DNA of 64,000 nucleotides from a virus (Duplodnaviria; Caudoviricetes): IMG/VR virus record IMGVR_UViG_2811995040_000001, positions 1 to 64,000 of that record; one strand, 5' to 3'. Shown piece by piece: positions 62,659 to 64,000 of this stretch (position 1 is its first letter; each line of letters starts with the position of its first letter). The notes under the pieces were generated by a model. It saw only the letters and a program-made list of their open reading frames with translations, ran no database searches and was not told where the DNA came from. The position numbers and the translations under genes were made by a program.

Positions 62659-62698
62659 TCACCATGTCGCGAGCGTTTCAACCAGCCGGTCACACTTA

Positions 62699-62887
62699 CT
62701 AAGCTGGTGATTGCAACGGCCCAGACAGTACTTCTGCTTCGCCGTTATGGCAGATATCATCACCTCTGGTCAGATGCCAGACACCGACAATAAGCTGTCC
62801 TGATTCCAGATCGTCAACTGTGTCATTCGTATAGTATGCCACCTGCACAACACCGTTATGCTGAATCCAGTAATATCCTTCTTTCAT
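62699..62887 (-). CDS. Phage hypothetical protein
   Basis: MKEGYYWIQHNG..., GAGG RBS. Confidence 0.7.
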   Translation of the reverse strand: MKEGYYWIQHNGVVQVAYYTNDTVDDLESGQLIVGVWHLTRGDDICHNGEAEVLSGPLQSPA

Positions 62888-63054
62888 TCACACCTCCTCA
62901 AGACGAAGTAAAGAGTATAAGGCGAAGCAGAAAATGCCGCGGTGCAAGAAGCCACAATTCAAAGCCTGTTGAATAGAAAAGTCCGCGAATGAGAGCCCCC
63001 TAAAACGCAAAAGCCCCGCACGTTGGCGAGGCTTGAATTAATCCAGTTTTGCAG

Positions 63055-63618
63055 TCACCATGTCGCGAGCGTTTCAACCAGCCGGTCACGCTTAATCACT
63101 ATCCACCCCATCTGGCGAAGATCACTTAATATGCTCGATATTTTGCCGACAAATACGTCGTCAGGCAAAGGTTGGGTTTCAGCAGTTCCGTCAGGGAACA
63201 CCGTTACAATGAAACGCCGTTCTTTCGGAAATGGAATCGCGGGATGGGACTGACGTGCTGGAACAGGTTGTTTCTGGGTGAAATAGCAATCCTCCAGTTT
63301 CTCGAACACCTCCCATGCCTGATCGGTTGCGAGCATCTTGGCGTGGCGGGCTGCGCCGCGTCCTGTCCAGAGAATGAGGGAGCGGGTTTTGGGTGAAATT
63401 TGTAAACCTCTTTGAGAGGTTCGCAAATCATCAAGCTCACTACCACTTACTTTAAAGAAGTGTTTTCCTGCAATAAAACGACATTCGTTACGTTTGAAGT
63501 TTTGTCGTATATGCTTTTCTTCCGTTTCGTATAGTTTTGCCAATAACTCAATTGTTATTACAGGGATATTAGAGTAAGTAACAATGACAAGGGATTCTAC
63601 GGCGAGTTGAATGGTCAT
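63055..63618 (-). CDS. ORF6N-domain antirepressor-like protein
   Basis: VITIELLAKLY...NFKRN..RF..GKHFF, GAARHAKML.TDQAWEVF. Confidence 0.85.
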   Translation of the reverse strand: MTIQLAVESLVIVTYSNIPVITIELLAKLYETEEKHIRQNFKRNECRFIAGKHFFKVSGSELDDLRTSQRGLQISPKTRSLILWTGRGAARHAKMLATDQAWEVFEKLEDCYFTQKQPVPARQSHPAIPFPKERRFIVTVFPDGTAETQPLPDDVFVGKISSILSDLRQMGWIVIKRDRLVETLATW

Positions 63619-63777
63619 GTGATTCACCTTTACAGTTTGGTTAATCACCACCGCCGACGCCAATCGGATTGGGTGGTGAGACGTGCAGGGTTGGCGTAAC
63701 CGGCTGTAAAGACCCGGCGCGGATTTCTCCGCCCCCACACGCCCCACCAATATGCGAGTGTGGCCGTGCTTAACGCA

Positions 63778-63856
63778 TAAAAAAACCGCTTAACGCGGTC
63801 ATGCGCTTTACAGAATCCGGGACGCCAATCCCGACGCCAGATTTTGCTGGCGTTCC
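63778..63856 (-). ncRNA. C4-like antisense RNA
   Basis: ACGCCAG-CAAAAT-CTGGCGT and CGGGA-TTGGCG-TCCCG hairpins plus terminator; TTGACA/TATATT promoter at 63860-63889; complementary ACGCCAA site near 63691-63698; ends approximate. Confidence 0.7.
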
Positions 63857-64000
63857 GGGAATATAGCCCCGAATGCCTGTTTGTGTCAATTAAGTGCGTA
63901 TTGATTGAATGCAACCTGCTCCGATCGCGTCTTCGATACACTCAAAAGAGACGCCAGATCAAGACGCAGAAATACCGCGCGCATGGTCAGCCAGTGTCTG

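Overview
Salmonella chromosome segment. The pagD-cspH-envE-msgA islet is recognisable, and the effector set suggests S. bongori or a non-subspecies-I lineage (inference). 1-24 kb is a virulence patchwork: an SlrP-like NEL ligase with a doubled LRR domain, a SPATE autotransporter, a probable T3SS effector with about 12 HTH-like 63-aa repeats plus a SET domain, a YibB/HtrL protein, two NleG-like ligases, SopA, phage debris, a toxin-antitoxin pair, a serT 3' fragment and a tnpB-only IS605-family element. 24.4-64 kb is the late region of an HK97-head/lambda-tail prophage (minus strand), with an ArtA-type AB5 toxin and a non-ArtB B subunit between the late promoter and the holins. Nested in its tail operon is a ~10.8-kb filamentous prophage (25843-36687) whose only recombinase is an intact IS110-family enzyme. 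The non-coding DNA upstream of that gene has segments matching both the reconstructed phage junction and the reconstructed target, a stop codon fused to a Shine-Dalgarno (TAAGGAGG). This suggests bridge-RNA-guided phage integration. Six miniature IS605-derived elements are scattered through the window. All family calls are from motif recognition; no searches were run.
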